64,000 nucleotides of DNA from Alphaproteobacteria bacterium (lineage in GTDB: Bacteria > Pseudomonadota > Alphaproteobacteria > Rickettsiales > UBA998): NCBI GenBank assembly GCA_004293935.1, contig RDZH01000011.1, positions 13,831 to 77,830 on the forward strand, written 5' to 3'. The notes under the pieces are model-generated. The model saw only the letters and a program-made list of their open reading frames with translations. It made no database searches and was not told the DNA's origin. Position numbers and translations under genes: made by a program. Shown piece after piece: positions 1 to 9,120 of the stretch; the stretch's first letter is position 1; the number at the start of each line of letters is the position of its first letter.

Positions 1-671
1 CGAAGCGTATTCACGTGATTCACCGTGGTGTCGATTTAGAACAATTTCATCCACGCGCCATATCGGCACATTCAATGGCATCCCTGATCAATGATTGGTG
101 TTTGGATAGTGTAGACTGCCCAATTTTGTTCATGCCGGGGCGACTCACCCGTTGGAAAGGGCATCATTGGGTGTTGGACGCACTGGCACTGATGCCACAT
201 CGCAATTTTCTATGCTTATTTGCAGGGGATGCCCATAAGCACCCAAACTATTATAAAGAACTTTGTGAACAGATACGTCGCTTAAAATTAGATGCACATG
301 TGCGTTTTGTTCCTGCCACCACATTAATGGCAGAAGCCTATCAAATGAGCGATGTTGTCTTATGCCCTTCGCTTGCCCCTGAGGCCTTTGGGCGCATCCC
401 GATTGAGGCGCAAGCTATGGGTCGCCCCGTGATTACCACCAATCATGGCGGGGCATGTGAAACCGTGCTGCATGAACATACGGGATGGCTTGTCACGCCC
501 AATGATACGGCGGCTTTAACTGATGCCATCAGCACCGCACTTGCCATGACACAGGCGCAAAAGCATATTATGGGACACAGATCACGTACCCATATGGAGC
601 GTAATTTTTCACTGACGCATATGCAACAACAAACCTTGGATGTCTATCATTCTTTGCTCACAACATGGTGA
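1..671 (+). CDS. Glycosyltransferase, GT-B fold (GT4-like), C-terminal part; 5' end outside window
   Basis: Frame is open from nt 3 (KRIHVIHRGVD...) with no start in the window. C-terminal GT4-type signature EAFGRIPIEAQAMGRPVITTNHGGACETVLHEHTGWLV. Confidence 0.75.
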   Translation, partial: KRIHVIHRGVDLEQFHPRAISAHSMASLINDWCLDSVDCPILFMPGRLTRWKGHHWVLDALALMPHRNFLCLFAGDAHKHPNYYKELCEQIRRLKLDAHVRFVPATTLMAEAYQMSDVVLCPSLAPEAFGRIPIEAQAMGRPVITTNHGGACETVLHEHTGWLVTPNDTAALTDAISTALAMTQAQKHIMGHRSRTHMERNFSLTHMQQQTLDVYHSLLTTW

Positions 672-935
672 CGCAGCGTTGCATTTAAGCAACAGCGACT
701 CTATCGCTTGATGGATATAACACATATATAGCATCATCTTACACCACTGGTGGAAAAAAGATCATCTCCCTTATCCAGTTTTATTATTCGTTTGCCAATC
801 TATTACGCTTGTACTAAGTTGAAAAATGTGCTAGCCTCCAGAATGTTACCAATGAAACTACAGAGTTTGCAATCCTAGAATCCCTACGGTTTAAGTACGC
901 GTTTCTAAGGATGATGCAGCCTCATAGAGAATCAT

Positions 936-1700
936 ATGAAACACTATACACGACTAAGATGCGTTACATTATGTGGCATCATTGGCGTTTTTGCCCTGAT
1001 CCAGTCGATAAGTCCACGGGTTGATCATTCTATCACGCGCACACCTTATGCGCATTATGCTCAGGACACTTCTCCACCGCCCCCGCTTGCTCCAACGGAT
1101 GCTGTGCCATTCCCTGTATGCCGAGCGGGCTATATTGATTTATCTGAAGATGCTTCTTATCCCGTACCGCACTGGGTGTATTCCTTGCCAAAAGTGGCAG
1201 ATAAAGCCCTCATACTCGCCATCATCAAAAATGAGTCGCGTTTTCGCCCTTCCGTGCGTTCCCATAAAGGAGCGGTGGGGCTGATGCAGCTTATGCCCGA
1301 AACGGCAGATGTAATGGTGCGTAAATTGGGAGCAAAAGTACATTTAGCAAGTATGCAGGCGGATAAGCAATCTGTCTTTATGCCACGTAGTGCCTTTGAT
1401 TTTCAAGACCCCTATGTCTCCCTTGCTGTCGGCTATCGCTACATTAGCTACCTACAAAGCAAGCCTTATGTGGGGGATAATATCGTCTATATGCTTGCCG
1501 CCTATAATGCGGGGCCTGTTGCGCTGCTCAAATGGAAAAAAGAGCTAGGCGCACTTTCGCAAGCACAATTTGCGCGTTCTATTCCTTATAAAGAAACGCG
1601 GGAGTACGTCCAGAACGTACTACGCGACTACGCCTACTATCAGAGTATTATCCCTGATATACATGATACCGTTTGGGTAGAAGGAGAAACATGCTCATGA
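936..1700 (+). CDS. Soluble lytic murein transglycosylase (SLT domain), secreted
   Basis: N-terminal hydrophobic signal (CVTLCGIIGVFALIQS). Catalytic SLT motif IIKNESRFRPSVRSHKGAVGLMQLMPETA and downstream AYNAGP. Confidence 0.8.
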   Translation: MKHYTRLRCVTLCGIIGVFALIQSISPRVDHSITRTPYAHYAQDTSPPPPLAPTDAVPFPVCRAGYIDLSEDASYPVPHWVYSLPKVADKALILAIIKNESRFRPSVRSHKGAVGLMQLMPETADVMVRKLGAKVHLASMQADKQSVFMPRSAFDFQDPYVSLAVGYRYISYLQSKPYVGDNIVYMLAAYNAGPVALLKWKKELGALSQAQFARSIPYKETREYVQNVLRDYAYYQSIIPDIHDTVWVEGETCS

Positions 1701-2305
1701 GCTATGAATATCATTTAATATGCGGCATTGACGAAGCAGGACGCGGAGCATGGGCTGGTCCTGTTTATGCAACTGCCGTGATACTCCCCGATTTAGAGAT
1801 TCCCCACGATGTCTTATTGCGGGATTCTAAAACACTCTCGCCTCCACAGCGCAATCGAGCGGCTAAATGGTTATGGAACTATGCCATGATTGGTGTGGGT
1901 TTTGCGACAGTTGAAGAAATTGATGAGTTTAATATCTTGGCAGCCACGATGTGCGCCATGCAACGTGCCTATGCGGATATGGATTTCCATGCATCGCGTA
2001 CATTAGTCGATGGCAATCAACTACCCAAACTCGATTGCCCCACAGAAAGCAAAGTGCGCGGTGATAGCCTATACCCCCAAATTGCCGCCGCTTCGATCAT
2101 AGCAAAAACAATGCGTGATGCCTCAATGTATGCGCTTGCCACTATCCAACCTCACTACGCTTTTGATCGCCATAAAGGTTACGGCACGCCCATGCATATT
2201 GATGCGCTGCATCGTTATGGCGCAAGCGGTCAGCATCGTCGCTCCTTTCGTCCAGTACGCGATGCGTGCGATGCACGTGCGCACCATGAACGGATTGCTT
2301 CATGA
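1691..2305 (+). CDS. rnhB: Ribonuclease HII
   Basis: Motifs GIDEAGRGAWAGPVYA, DSKTLSPPQR, ASIIAKTMRD. AAGGAG at 1681-1686. The ATG at 1691 or 1697 overlaps the stop of the upstream gene (ATGA at 1697-1700). The track start at 1673 is probably an extension. Confidence 0.9.
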   Translation: MLMSYEYHLICGIDEAGRGAWAGPVYATAVILPDLEIPHDVLLRDSKTLSPPQRNRAAKWLWNYAMIGVGFATVEEIDEFNILAATMCAMQRAYADMDFHASRTLVDGNQLPKLDCPTESKVRGDSLYPQIAAASIIAKTMRDASMYALATIQPHYAFDRHKGYGTPMHIDALHRYGASGQHRRSFRPVRDACDARAHHERIAS

Positions 2306-2652
2306 ACACATCGCGCCGTCCCTCCAAAGAACGTCGCCACTGTTCTTTGTTCCCCATCGACATCACTGCCATCACTCAACAAACCATTCAACACGCCGCC
2401 GCACAGCGTGGCTTAGAAGATCGCGCTATTCTCGCCTTATGGCCTCGCGCTACTGGGGATATGCTCGCACCGCATACTATGCCCGTGCGGATCATTCGTA
2501 GCACGAAGGATACCGAACAAGGGGATGTGTTGGTCGTTAAAGTGACTCCCGTTTATGCTACCTTACTCATGCATCAAACAGAAATGATTTTACAACGATT
2601 ACATGAAATGCTAGGATATCGCCCTGCACGGCGCATCAAAATTCAACGATAA
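2302..2652 (+). CDS. DUF721 / DciA-like small protein
   Basis: ATGA overlap with the rnhB stop. Pattern LALWPRATGDMLAPHTMPVRI...GDVLVVKVTPVYATLLMHQTEMILQRL...RRIKI resembles the DUF721 (DciA) family layout. Confidence 0.5.
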   Translation: MNTSRRPSKERRHCSLFPIDITAITQQTIQHAAAQRGLEDRAILALWPRATGDMLAPHTMPVRIIRSTKDTEQGDVLVVKVTPVYATLLMHQTEMILQRLHEMLGYRPARRIKIQR

Positions 2653-2760
2653 TGCATAAAGTTTCCACTTGTTGGATAGAATAAAATCTTTTTCTTTGCA
2701 TTGAGTTGATGAGGATGATATTAAGATGCATATCTGTGTTAAGTGGCGTGAGTAAAAAGA

Positions 2761-4851
2761 ATGAATGTAAACGGCAAAACAAAACAAGCATTACGTGCAA
2801 GTGTGATGACCCTAGCCCTCGTAGCAGGGTTTGATGCACATGCTCGCGGGTTACTTCCCGATCGTCCCAGCGTAGAAATTCGCCTCGAAGCATTGCAACA
2901 TTTACGTGCCACGGCGCAACCACAAGCTGCGCGACCATCGCGCCCCATCATGATAGCTCCGCACAACCGCACGCGTTTACGCCAAGCACCTGCGCGCCCT
3001 CCGATTATTCATGCTGAAGCTGCACCTGAGCCAACTCAAGAATCACCCGCATCAACCGTGAAGCCATCATTTGTGCCGCAATCAAGCCACAAAGTGAAGC
3101 CCCCTGCTCCACCTAAAAAAATCACAGCCAAGCCTAATACCAAGGCACTTATTAAAAAGGCTACACCAGAAAAACAACCGAAAAAAGAGATCACGCCCCC
3201 TAAACCCGTTGCGATAGAACCCGCCACACCTGCACCCGTCAAACAGCCTGTTAAACAGATTGTAGAGCCATCGCTTCCTACCCCTATAAGTCTGCCTAAG
3301 CCGATTATTCCTGTTGTCGTTGCGCCAGCTATCCCTGAGCCAACGCCTATCCCTGAGCCGATCCAAGAGCCAATCCAAGAGCCAACACCGCAACCGCCTG
3401 TGGTTGAGTCCGTTGATTCGTCATTGGCAACACCGCCTGAAGAACCAGAACATAAGGAAATTACCCTTCCTGAACCCACCGAACTTCCGCAAGAGCCAAT
3501 CAGCGATGAGCTGCCTGCTATGCCTGAAGATGCTCTGCCTGAACCTGAACTTGATGATGTCGATTTTGAAGAATTTGAACAAGAGCAAGAAGAAGTCGTC
3601 CCTTTAGTGGAAGAAGAACCAATAGAGGAACAACCCGCTATTGTTGCGCCTACCCCCAAAGAAAAACCGCCCCTCACGACGGATGAATCAGAGGCGACAG
3701 CCAAAGAACAAGCAGCTACGCCCGCAAAAGAACCAGAACAAAGCCCAGCTCCTCAAGGTGCTGAAGTCGATGAACTTGATGCACTCATGAAGGATATGAC
3801 CGATCCTGCCAATGAAACCCCTGAGTCCACAGCAATAGAACCTGCTCTCGATGACGAACCACTCATCGATGAAGTACCTGCATCTAATGACGCTACGCTC
3901 GCTCCCCTAGAGCCTGCTACTGAATCACCCAAAAAAGAAGGGATGTTCCCAAATATCCGCCGTGCCTTCACTTCCTTCTTCTCCGATGATGAGAAAGAAG
4001 TTGCAGCACCAGCATCTGAAGTACCCCCTCCTGCGAATGAGCCACCGACAAGCGAAATCCCTACGAGTGAAGTCCCTGCCCCAATGGAAGGTGAACCCGA
4101 AGATCCTATGATGGCAGCCCCCGTCGAAGAAGAGCTTGAATCAACAAACATTGACGCGATGCTTGCCGCCGAGCCAGAAAAAACCGATCCTAAAAAACCT
4201 GCAGAACAACCTAAAGAGGATGATTTACCAAACTTACCTGCATTTGAGCAAGGGTCTGAACTCGAAACAGGCTTACCGCCACTGCCTGAGTTTGAAGAAC
4301 AACAAAATTCTGCATCCCTTGATGCGATGGATAATGCGGATGCCGATTTACCGCCACTGCCTTTTGGTGAAGCGGATGAGCCGATTGCAGTGCCAACAGA
4401 ATCTGTTGATTCTGAGGAGCTTCCTGCTCTTGATGCACCTTCCGACACGCAAGCCAATAAAGAACCCGCTATTGAAATTGCATCCAAAACTGACGCTCTT
4501 GAATTACCTTCCGAAAAAGAACTAAGTTTAGATGCATCATCCGAACCGGTGCGTTTATCCATTCAATTTGCGCAAACAGAAACGGAAGTTCCTCTTTCAT
4601 TCCAACAAAAGCTGATTGATTTATCGCAAGATTTGATTGCTAATCCGAATCTCAAAATCAAAGTAGTGGCATATGCATCCGCGAATGAAGATCAAAAAAG
4701 TGTTGCGAACCGCATTGCTCTAGCGCGTTCTATTGCTGTACGAGGCTTCCTGATTGATTTGGGCATCAACAATGACCGCATTTCTGTTTTAGCCTTAGGC
4801 AATGACCGCTCTGGCAACAATCCTGAACGGGCGGATATTATTGTTGAATAG
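2761..4851 (+). CDS. Secreted Pro/Glu-rich low-complexity protein with degenerate OmpA-like C-terminal domain
   Basis: Signal-like N-terminus (ASVMTLALVAGFDAHA). About 550 aa of P/E/A/K-rich sequence with tandem IPEP/IQEP units. C-terminus KIKVVAYASANEDQKSVANRIALARSIAVRGFLIDLGINNDRISVLALGN resembles an OmpA_C peptidoglycan-binding fold. Confidence 0.6.
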   Translation: MNVNGKTKQALRASVMTLALVAGFDAHARGLLPDRPSVEIRLEALQHLRATAQPQAARPSRPIMIAPHNRTRLRQAPARPPIIHAEAAPEPTQESPASTVKPSFVPQSSHKVKPPAPPKKITAKPNTKALIKKATPEKQPKKEITPPKPVAIEPATPAPVKQPVKQIVEPSLPTPISLPKPIIPVVVAPAIPEPTPIPEPIQEPIQEPTPQPPVVESVDSSLATPPEEPEHKEITLPEPTELPQEPISDELPAMPEDALPEPELDDVDFEEFEQEQEEVVPLVEEEPIEEQPAIVAPTPKEKPPLTTDESEATAKEQAATPAKEPEQSPAPQGAEVDELDALMKDMTDPANETPESTAIEPALDDEPLIDEVPASNDATLAPLEPATESPKKEGMFPNIRRAFTSFFSDDEKEVAAPASEVPPPANEPPTSEIPTSEVPAPMEGEPEDPMMAAPVEEELESTNIDAMLAAEPEKTDPKKPAEQPKEDDLPNLPAFEQGSELETGLPPLPEFEEQQNSASLDAMDNADADLPPLPFGEADEPIAVPTESVDSEELPALDAPSDTQANKEPAIEIASKTDALELPSEKELSLDASSEPVRLSIQFAQTETEVPLSFQQKLIDLSQDLIANPNLKIKVVAYASANEDQKSVANRIALARSIAVRGFLIDLGINNDRISVLALGNDRSGNNPERADIIVE

Positions 4852-4928
4852 GAAAGTGGGTTCTATGATTCCGTGAATGTCATAAAAAATTCATACACAC
4901 ATTCTTTTATCTATGCTATTATCGCGTT

Positions 4929-5750
4929 ATGAGTAGCACAAAGACAAAAGTTTCATTTGGCAGTTCACCAAAAGCCAGTTCATCGGGCATATCCCATTCC
5001 CATAGCGATCGCGCTACGGGCAATGGTTTTGCTGGTTCAACATTACGAGGCACGAGCAAAGGTTATGCCGATCACTCAGACTCCAGTTTCCGCTCCAGTG
5101 GCTTTGGATCAGGTTCTCATGATGGCGAAGGAACGCGCAGTATGGGGCGTGGCTATGGCGCATCTAATTTGGGTTCATCATCCAAACAAAGCACTGCTTC
5201 CATTTCTTCGGGCAATAGAGGCTATTCTACCTCCTTTCCTTATAGCGATCTCTATTTCATGAGCAGCATGTTGGGGCAAAATAGTGAATTAAATTCCTTG
5301 CGTCAAGAACAAGCGATTAACAACGAATTGTCGCAATTAGAGCAAAAAAGGCAGTATCTGGAGCGTAGCTATCACCTCGATGCTCCGAATTATTATGAAT
5401 ATACGCAAGAACACCCCAAGCGCACGCCTAAAGCCGCATCTCTTCCTCTCATAGCTCTCGGAGCGATAGGCGGCGGGATAATGTCTGGTGCATTGATGCG
5501 ATCCTCTGATAGTCCCAGCATCCTCGCTTCTTCCGCCCTCCTAGGCGCAGTTGTTGGTGGGGCATTGATGAATGCTCTCACAGGTGAAAATTATTTGAAT
5601 GTGAGGCGCGAGCATGTGCAGGGCTATAAAAACTTGCTTGACACGATGGAAATCAAGGCGAAAAGCCAACCGCAAACAAAGGTGGATGAGACACAACCCA
5701 TAGGGCGCGTGATGGAATCTGAACAAGAAAAAAGCGTAGCTCTTACTTAA
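4929..5750 (+). CDS. Hypothetical Ser/Gly-rich protein with coiled-coil segment and two glycine-zipper-like TM helices
   Basis: Single long ORF. S/G-rich N-terminal 110 aa, then QEQAINNELSQLEQKRQYLE, then LPLIALGAIGGGIMSGALM and ALLGAVVGGALMNAL. No family recognised. Confidence 0.5.
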   Translation: MSSTKTKVSFGSSPKASSSGISHSHSDRATGNGFAGSTLRGTSKGYADHSDSSFRSSGFGSGSHDGEGTRSMGRGYGASNLGSSSKQSTASISSGNRGYSTSFPYSDLYFMSSMLGQNSELNSLRQEQAINNELSQLEQKRQYLERSYHLDAPNYYEYTQEHPKRTPKAASLPLIALGAIGGGIMSGALMRSSDSPSILASSALLGAVVGGALMNALTGENYLNVRREHVQGYKNLLDTMEIKAKSQPQTKVDETQPIGRVMESEQEKSVALT

Positions 5751-5774
5751 GCGAGAGTCTAGTTATAAGCATTA

Positions 5775-5804
5775 TTCTGGATGCCTGCCTACGCAGGCAT
5801 GACG
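5775..5804. repeat. Short palindromic intergenic repeat (family 1, GC-variant)
   Basis: TTCTGGATGCCTGCCTACGCAGGCATGACG. 8-bp stems ATGCCTGC/GCAGGCAT with a 4-nt loop, between convergent genes, followed by GGTTTTTTT. Confidence 0.85.
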
Positions 5805-5833
5805 GTTGCAGGTTTTTTTACCCAAGAATCAGG

Positions 5834-6808
5834 TTAAACACCCGTCGCATACACCCTCAATTTATAGATGATGGGAAGATGGTCAGAACCCATATCTTGC
5901 TGCACCCGACGTTCTAATAATTCGATGTTGCGCGAGACAAGCATATGGTCAATAGGAATACGTAGCCATGCAGGTACAAAATTTGGCCATGTTCCCGCAA
6001 TATTGCCCCCTTGCATCACATTACTCAACTGACTTTGCTGCTGCATGGCATCAAACCATGGTGAATAGGGCGTACAATTCAAATCACCCATCACAATTTT
6101 CGCATGTGAGGATGGCGCATCGGCAATGATCGTGGCAACATGCAGCATTTGTTCATTACGTTGCTTGGCATAAGGATCTGGCATGGGCGGAATCGTGTGA
6201 ATTTCTACAAGCTCAATCGGCAGATGATGATGCAGCGTGCGTAGTTCCGCTTGCACATAATGATTCCAGCCATCAGGCGTTTTTTTGCGTTCCACGCGCA
6301 CTATAGGCAAGCGACTCAACAGCACCATCCCAAAAGGATTTTCTTGTGGTGCTTCAAATATATAGGGATAGGCATCACGCAATTCATGCATTGCTGCCCA
6401 AATTGCGGGGGTCATTTCTTGCAATACCACCACATCCGTTTGTTGCTGCACCAACCAATGTGCAATGTTCGCGCCTCGAAGATTATTATAGCGTACATTA
6501 TACTGCGCAATAGCAATATCTTCATAGACCTCATGCCTTGCCACATCACGCTCAGGCACTAACTTCACTATAGGCAATAAAAAATAGGCAACCAACAGAA
6601 TGTTCAGGATAATAATCCACCGAGACGCACGCATCCATAGAAACATACCACACAACAGCACCGCTGCCACAACATAATACTGCATAAAATGCACAGTAAG
6701 TTCAGCAACATCATGATGTTGGGCAAACAGAATACCTAGTGCTGCCACAAGCAATAAATACAGAACAAAGTAGCAATCATTTTTGGTAAATAATTTGATT
6801 TTCTTCAT
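5834..6808 (-). CDS. Membrane-anchored endonuclease/exonuclease/phosphatase (EEP) family protein
   Basis: Three N-terminal hydrophobic helices followed by EEP motifs VVVLQEM, GDLNCTP, IDHMLVS, GSDHLPI. Confidence 0.75.
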   Translation of the reverse strand: MKKIKLFTKNDCYFVLYLLLVAALGILFAQHHDVAELTVHFMQYYVVAAVLLCGMFLWMRASRWIIILNILLVAYFLLPIVKLVPERDVARHEVYEDIAIAQYNVRYNNLRGANIAHWLVQQQTDVVVLQEMTPAIWAAMHELRDAYPYIFEAPQENPFGMVLLSRLPIVRVERKKTPDGWNHYVQAELRTLHHHLPIELVEIHTIPPMPDPYAKQRNEQMLHVATIIADAPSSHAKIVMGDLNCTPYSPWFDAMQQQSQLSNVMQGGNIAGTWPNFVPAWLRIPIDHMLVSRNIELLERRVQQDMGSDHLPIIYKLRVYATGV

Positions 6809-6822
6809 AAGCGCACCCTATA

Positions 6823-7584
6823 TTATGATGTATGCACAAACACCATCGTCTGTGCATTGGAATGCTGCGCGGCATAGGCATAGCCCATTGCTGCAAAATC
6901 TTTCATCTCTTCTGGGTGCGTTATCCCATGACGCACGATAAAATCCACCATAGCACCACGGGCTTTTTTTGCATGTACCCCTATGGTGACTAATTTATCC
7001 GCCTTCACATGACGAAAATCAACATCCACGATGGCTGGGATAAGATCACGGCGTTGGATCACACGGTTATATTCTTGCGAGGCAAGGTTGATGAGATGCT
7101 TTGCGCCCATCATCTTCGCATCGTCATTTAATGCATTGGTGACGCGCTTGCCCCAAAAATCATAAAGCGATGTGCCGTGAAGTTTTGTTCCCATCTCCAA
7201 ACGATAGGGATAAAGCCGATCAAGCGGGCGTATCATTCCATACAGCCCCGATAAGATGCGCACATGTTCTTGCATAAAAGCACGCTGCGTCCCATCATAA
7301 AGTTCGGGCGTTATCGCATCATAGACATCACCATCAAAACAAAAAATAGCGGGCTTACTATTGCTGGCATCAACATTGCTTGGAAACGCTGCATAGCGTT
7401 CCACATTGAGTTGCGCTAATTTAGGGCTAATATCCATAAGATCCGCCAATTCCGCCACCGACATTGCCTGTAATTGCTGCACCAACGGCGCACATTCCTT
7501 CCAAAAACGCGGGATAGTTGCCCCCACTTCTTCATGCATTGGGGTTTCATCCAGCGTTTTGGCAGGGGAAATGACAAGGAGCAT
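6823..7584 (-). CDS. yaaA: Peroxide stress protein YaaA (UPF0246/DUF328)
   Basis: MLLVISPAKTLD N-terminus is typical of YaaA. The ATG at 7584 removes the overlap with tolB; the track start at 7617 is probably an extension. Confidence 0.8.
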   Translation of the reverse strand: MLLVISPAKTLDETPMHEEVGATIPRFWKECAPLVQQLQAMSVAELADLMDISPKLAQLNVERYAAFPSNVDASNSKPAIFCFDGDVYDAITPELYDGTQRAFMQEHVRILSGLYGMIRPLDRLYPYRLEMGTKLHGTSLYDFWGKRVTNALNDDAKMMGAKHLINLASQEYNRVIQRRDLIPAIVDVDFRHVKADKLVTIGVHAKKARGAMVDFIVRHGITHPEEMKDFAAMGYAYAAQHSNAQTMVFVHTS

Positions 7585-7592
7585 AGACACCG

Positions 7593-8921
7593 CTACATCG
7601 GCAATAAGGGCGACCATGCAGGATCAGATGCTTCCATTGGTGTCACGGTACGGCGCACATTATGCCCTGTAATATCGACAGAATAAATCTGTTGACGCGA
7701 TCCACCAGAATCTTTGCGCCCAAACATCAACACACGCCCATTCGGAGCCCATGTTGGTCCTTCCACCAACCAACCAGCGGTAAGGGTGCGCTCTCCTGAA
7801 CCATCAGGCTTCATCACACCAATATGGAATTGCCCTCCTGTTTGCTTGGTAAAGGCAATCAGATCGCCACGAGGAGACCATACGGGGGTGGAATAATTAC
7901 CGCGCCCAAAGCTGATACGCTGCGCACCGCCACCCGCTGCACTCATCACATAGATTTGTTGTGATCCACCACGATCCGAGTTGAACACAATTTTTGAGCC
8001 ATCCGGGGAATAAGAAGGGGATGTATCAATCGCTGGCGTGCTTGTCAAACGACGTAATTGACGACTCCGTAAATCCATATCATAGATATTCGTAATACCA
8101 CCTTTCGCAATCGACATCACCATCCGTGTACCATTATGGTTGAAGCGCGGGGCAAACGACATGCCATCAAAACGCCCTAAAGATTCTTCACGTCCCGTTT
8201 GCAAATCTCGTAAGAATACACGCGGTATGCCACCCGCATACGACATATAGAGTATTTCTTGGCTGTTGGGTGAAAAGCGCGGGGTCAACACCAAATGACG
8301 ACCATCAGTTAAAAATTTATGATTCGCACCGTCTTGATCCATAATTGCCAAGCGTTTGATTTTACGCAACGGCGTTCCACTTTCCGCGACATACACCACA
8401 CGCGTATCAAAATAACCATCTTCTCCCGTGACGCGTTTATAAATCTCATCCGCAACAAGATGCGCAATGCGTCGCCAATTATCCACTGTACCGTCCAACT
8501 GACGACCTGTCAGTTGCGTTTCCGCTAATGTATCAAACAAACGGAAGCGCACACGCATTTTTCCAGACCCTGCCGCATCCACTTTAGCGATAAGCAAAAG
8601 CGAGCTATCAATCAGCTTCCAATCAGCATAACGTGGCATTTCGGTTGGATAACTAATCTGTTCAATATGCGCCCCCCGTGGGACAATTTTGAACAAGCCT
8701 GATCGCTCCAAATCCGCTGCAACCACCTGCGACATTTGCTCACCAATCCCCGCCAACGCACCATCCATGGAATGAAATTGCGGAATGGAAATCGGTGTAG
8801 GCTCATAGACTCCGCCACCAATGTAAATCTCTTGTGGCTGCGATTGCGCCTGCCCCATCCACGGAGTCATTATCGTCATTATTAGGGCAGCCACCCTCAC
8901 CGCATTGCGAACACGTATCAT
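7593..8921 (-). CDS. tolB: Tol-Pal system beta-propeller protein TolB
   Basis: Signal peptide. N-terminal TolB domain, then repeated propeller blades ([47 protein letters not shown]). Confidence 0.9.
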   Translation of the reverse strand: MIRVRNAVRVAALIMTIMTPWMGQAQSQPQEIYIGGGVYEPTPISIPQFHSMDGALAGIGEQMSQVVAADLERSGLFKIVPRGAHIEQISYPTEMPRYADWKLIDSSLLLIAKVDAAGSGKMRVRFRLFDTLAETQLTGRQLDGTVDNWRRIAHLVADEIYKRVTGEDGYFDTRVVYVAESGTPLRKIKRLAIMDQDGANHKFLTDGRHLVLTPRFSPNSQEILYMSYAGGIPRVFLRDLQTGREESLGRFDGMSFAPRFNHNGTRMVMSIAKGGITNIYDMDLRSRQLRRLTSTPAIDTSPSYSPDGSKIVFNSDRGGSQQIYVMSAAGGGAQRISFGRGNYSTPVWSPRGDLIAFTKQTGGQFHIGVMKPDGSGERTLTAGWLVEGPTWAPNGRVLMFGRKDSGGSRQQIYSVDITGHNVRRTVTPMEASDPAWSPLLPM

Positions 8922-9120
8922 TATCTACTCACCTTAGAAATTATCTGAAAAATGGCATAAAACATAACGAATTTTTTTTCTTTTGGCAAGCATTGATATA
9001 ACCATTGCACAAAAATGCAATTTAGTTCTGTTCATATGCGATGAATCTTGCTATAAGGCTGTAGAATAACCTTGAACCTTCATATGGTCTGCATAGTAAC
9101 CTAAGGATGATAACACGCTT

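Noticed and set aside
3036-4562. Long minus-strand ORFs (3036-3704, 222 aa; 3753-4562, 269 aa) antisense to the Pro/Glu-rich gene
   Set aside because: They are Ser/Gly-rich mirror images of the GAA/CCT/GCx-rich sense codons. They have no SD or plausible start context, whereas the sense ORF has a signal peptide and an OmpA-like end. They are low-complexity antisense artefacts.
8975-9021. TGGCAAGCATTGATATAACCATTGCA (sigma-54-like) and the ATTGCA-N6-TGCAAT inverted repeat upstream of the NMO-family gene
   Set aside because: The GG and GC elements are not at the required 10-nt spacing. The 6-bp inverted repeat is too short to call an operator.
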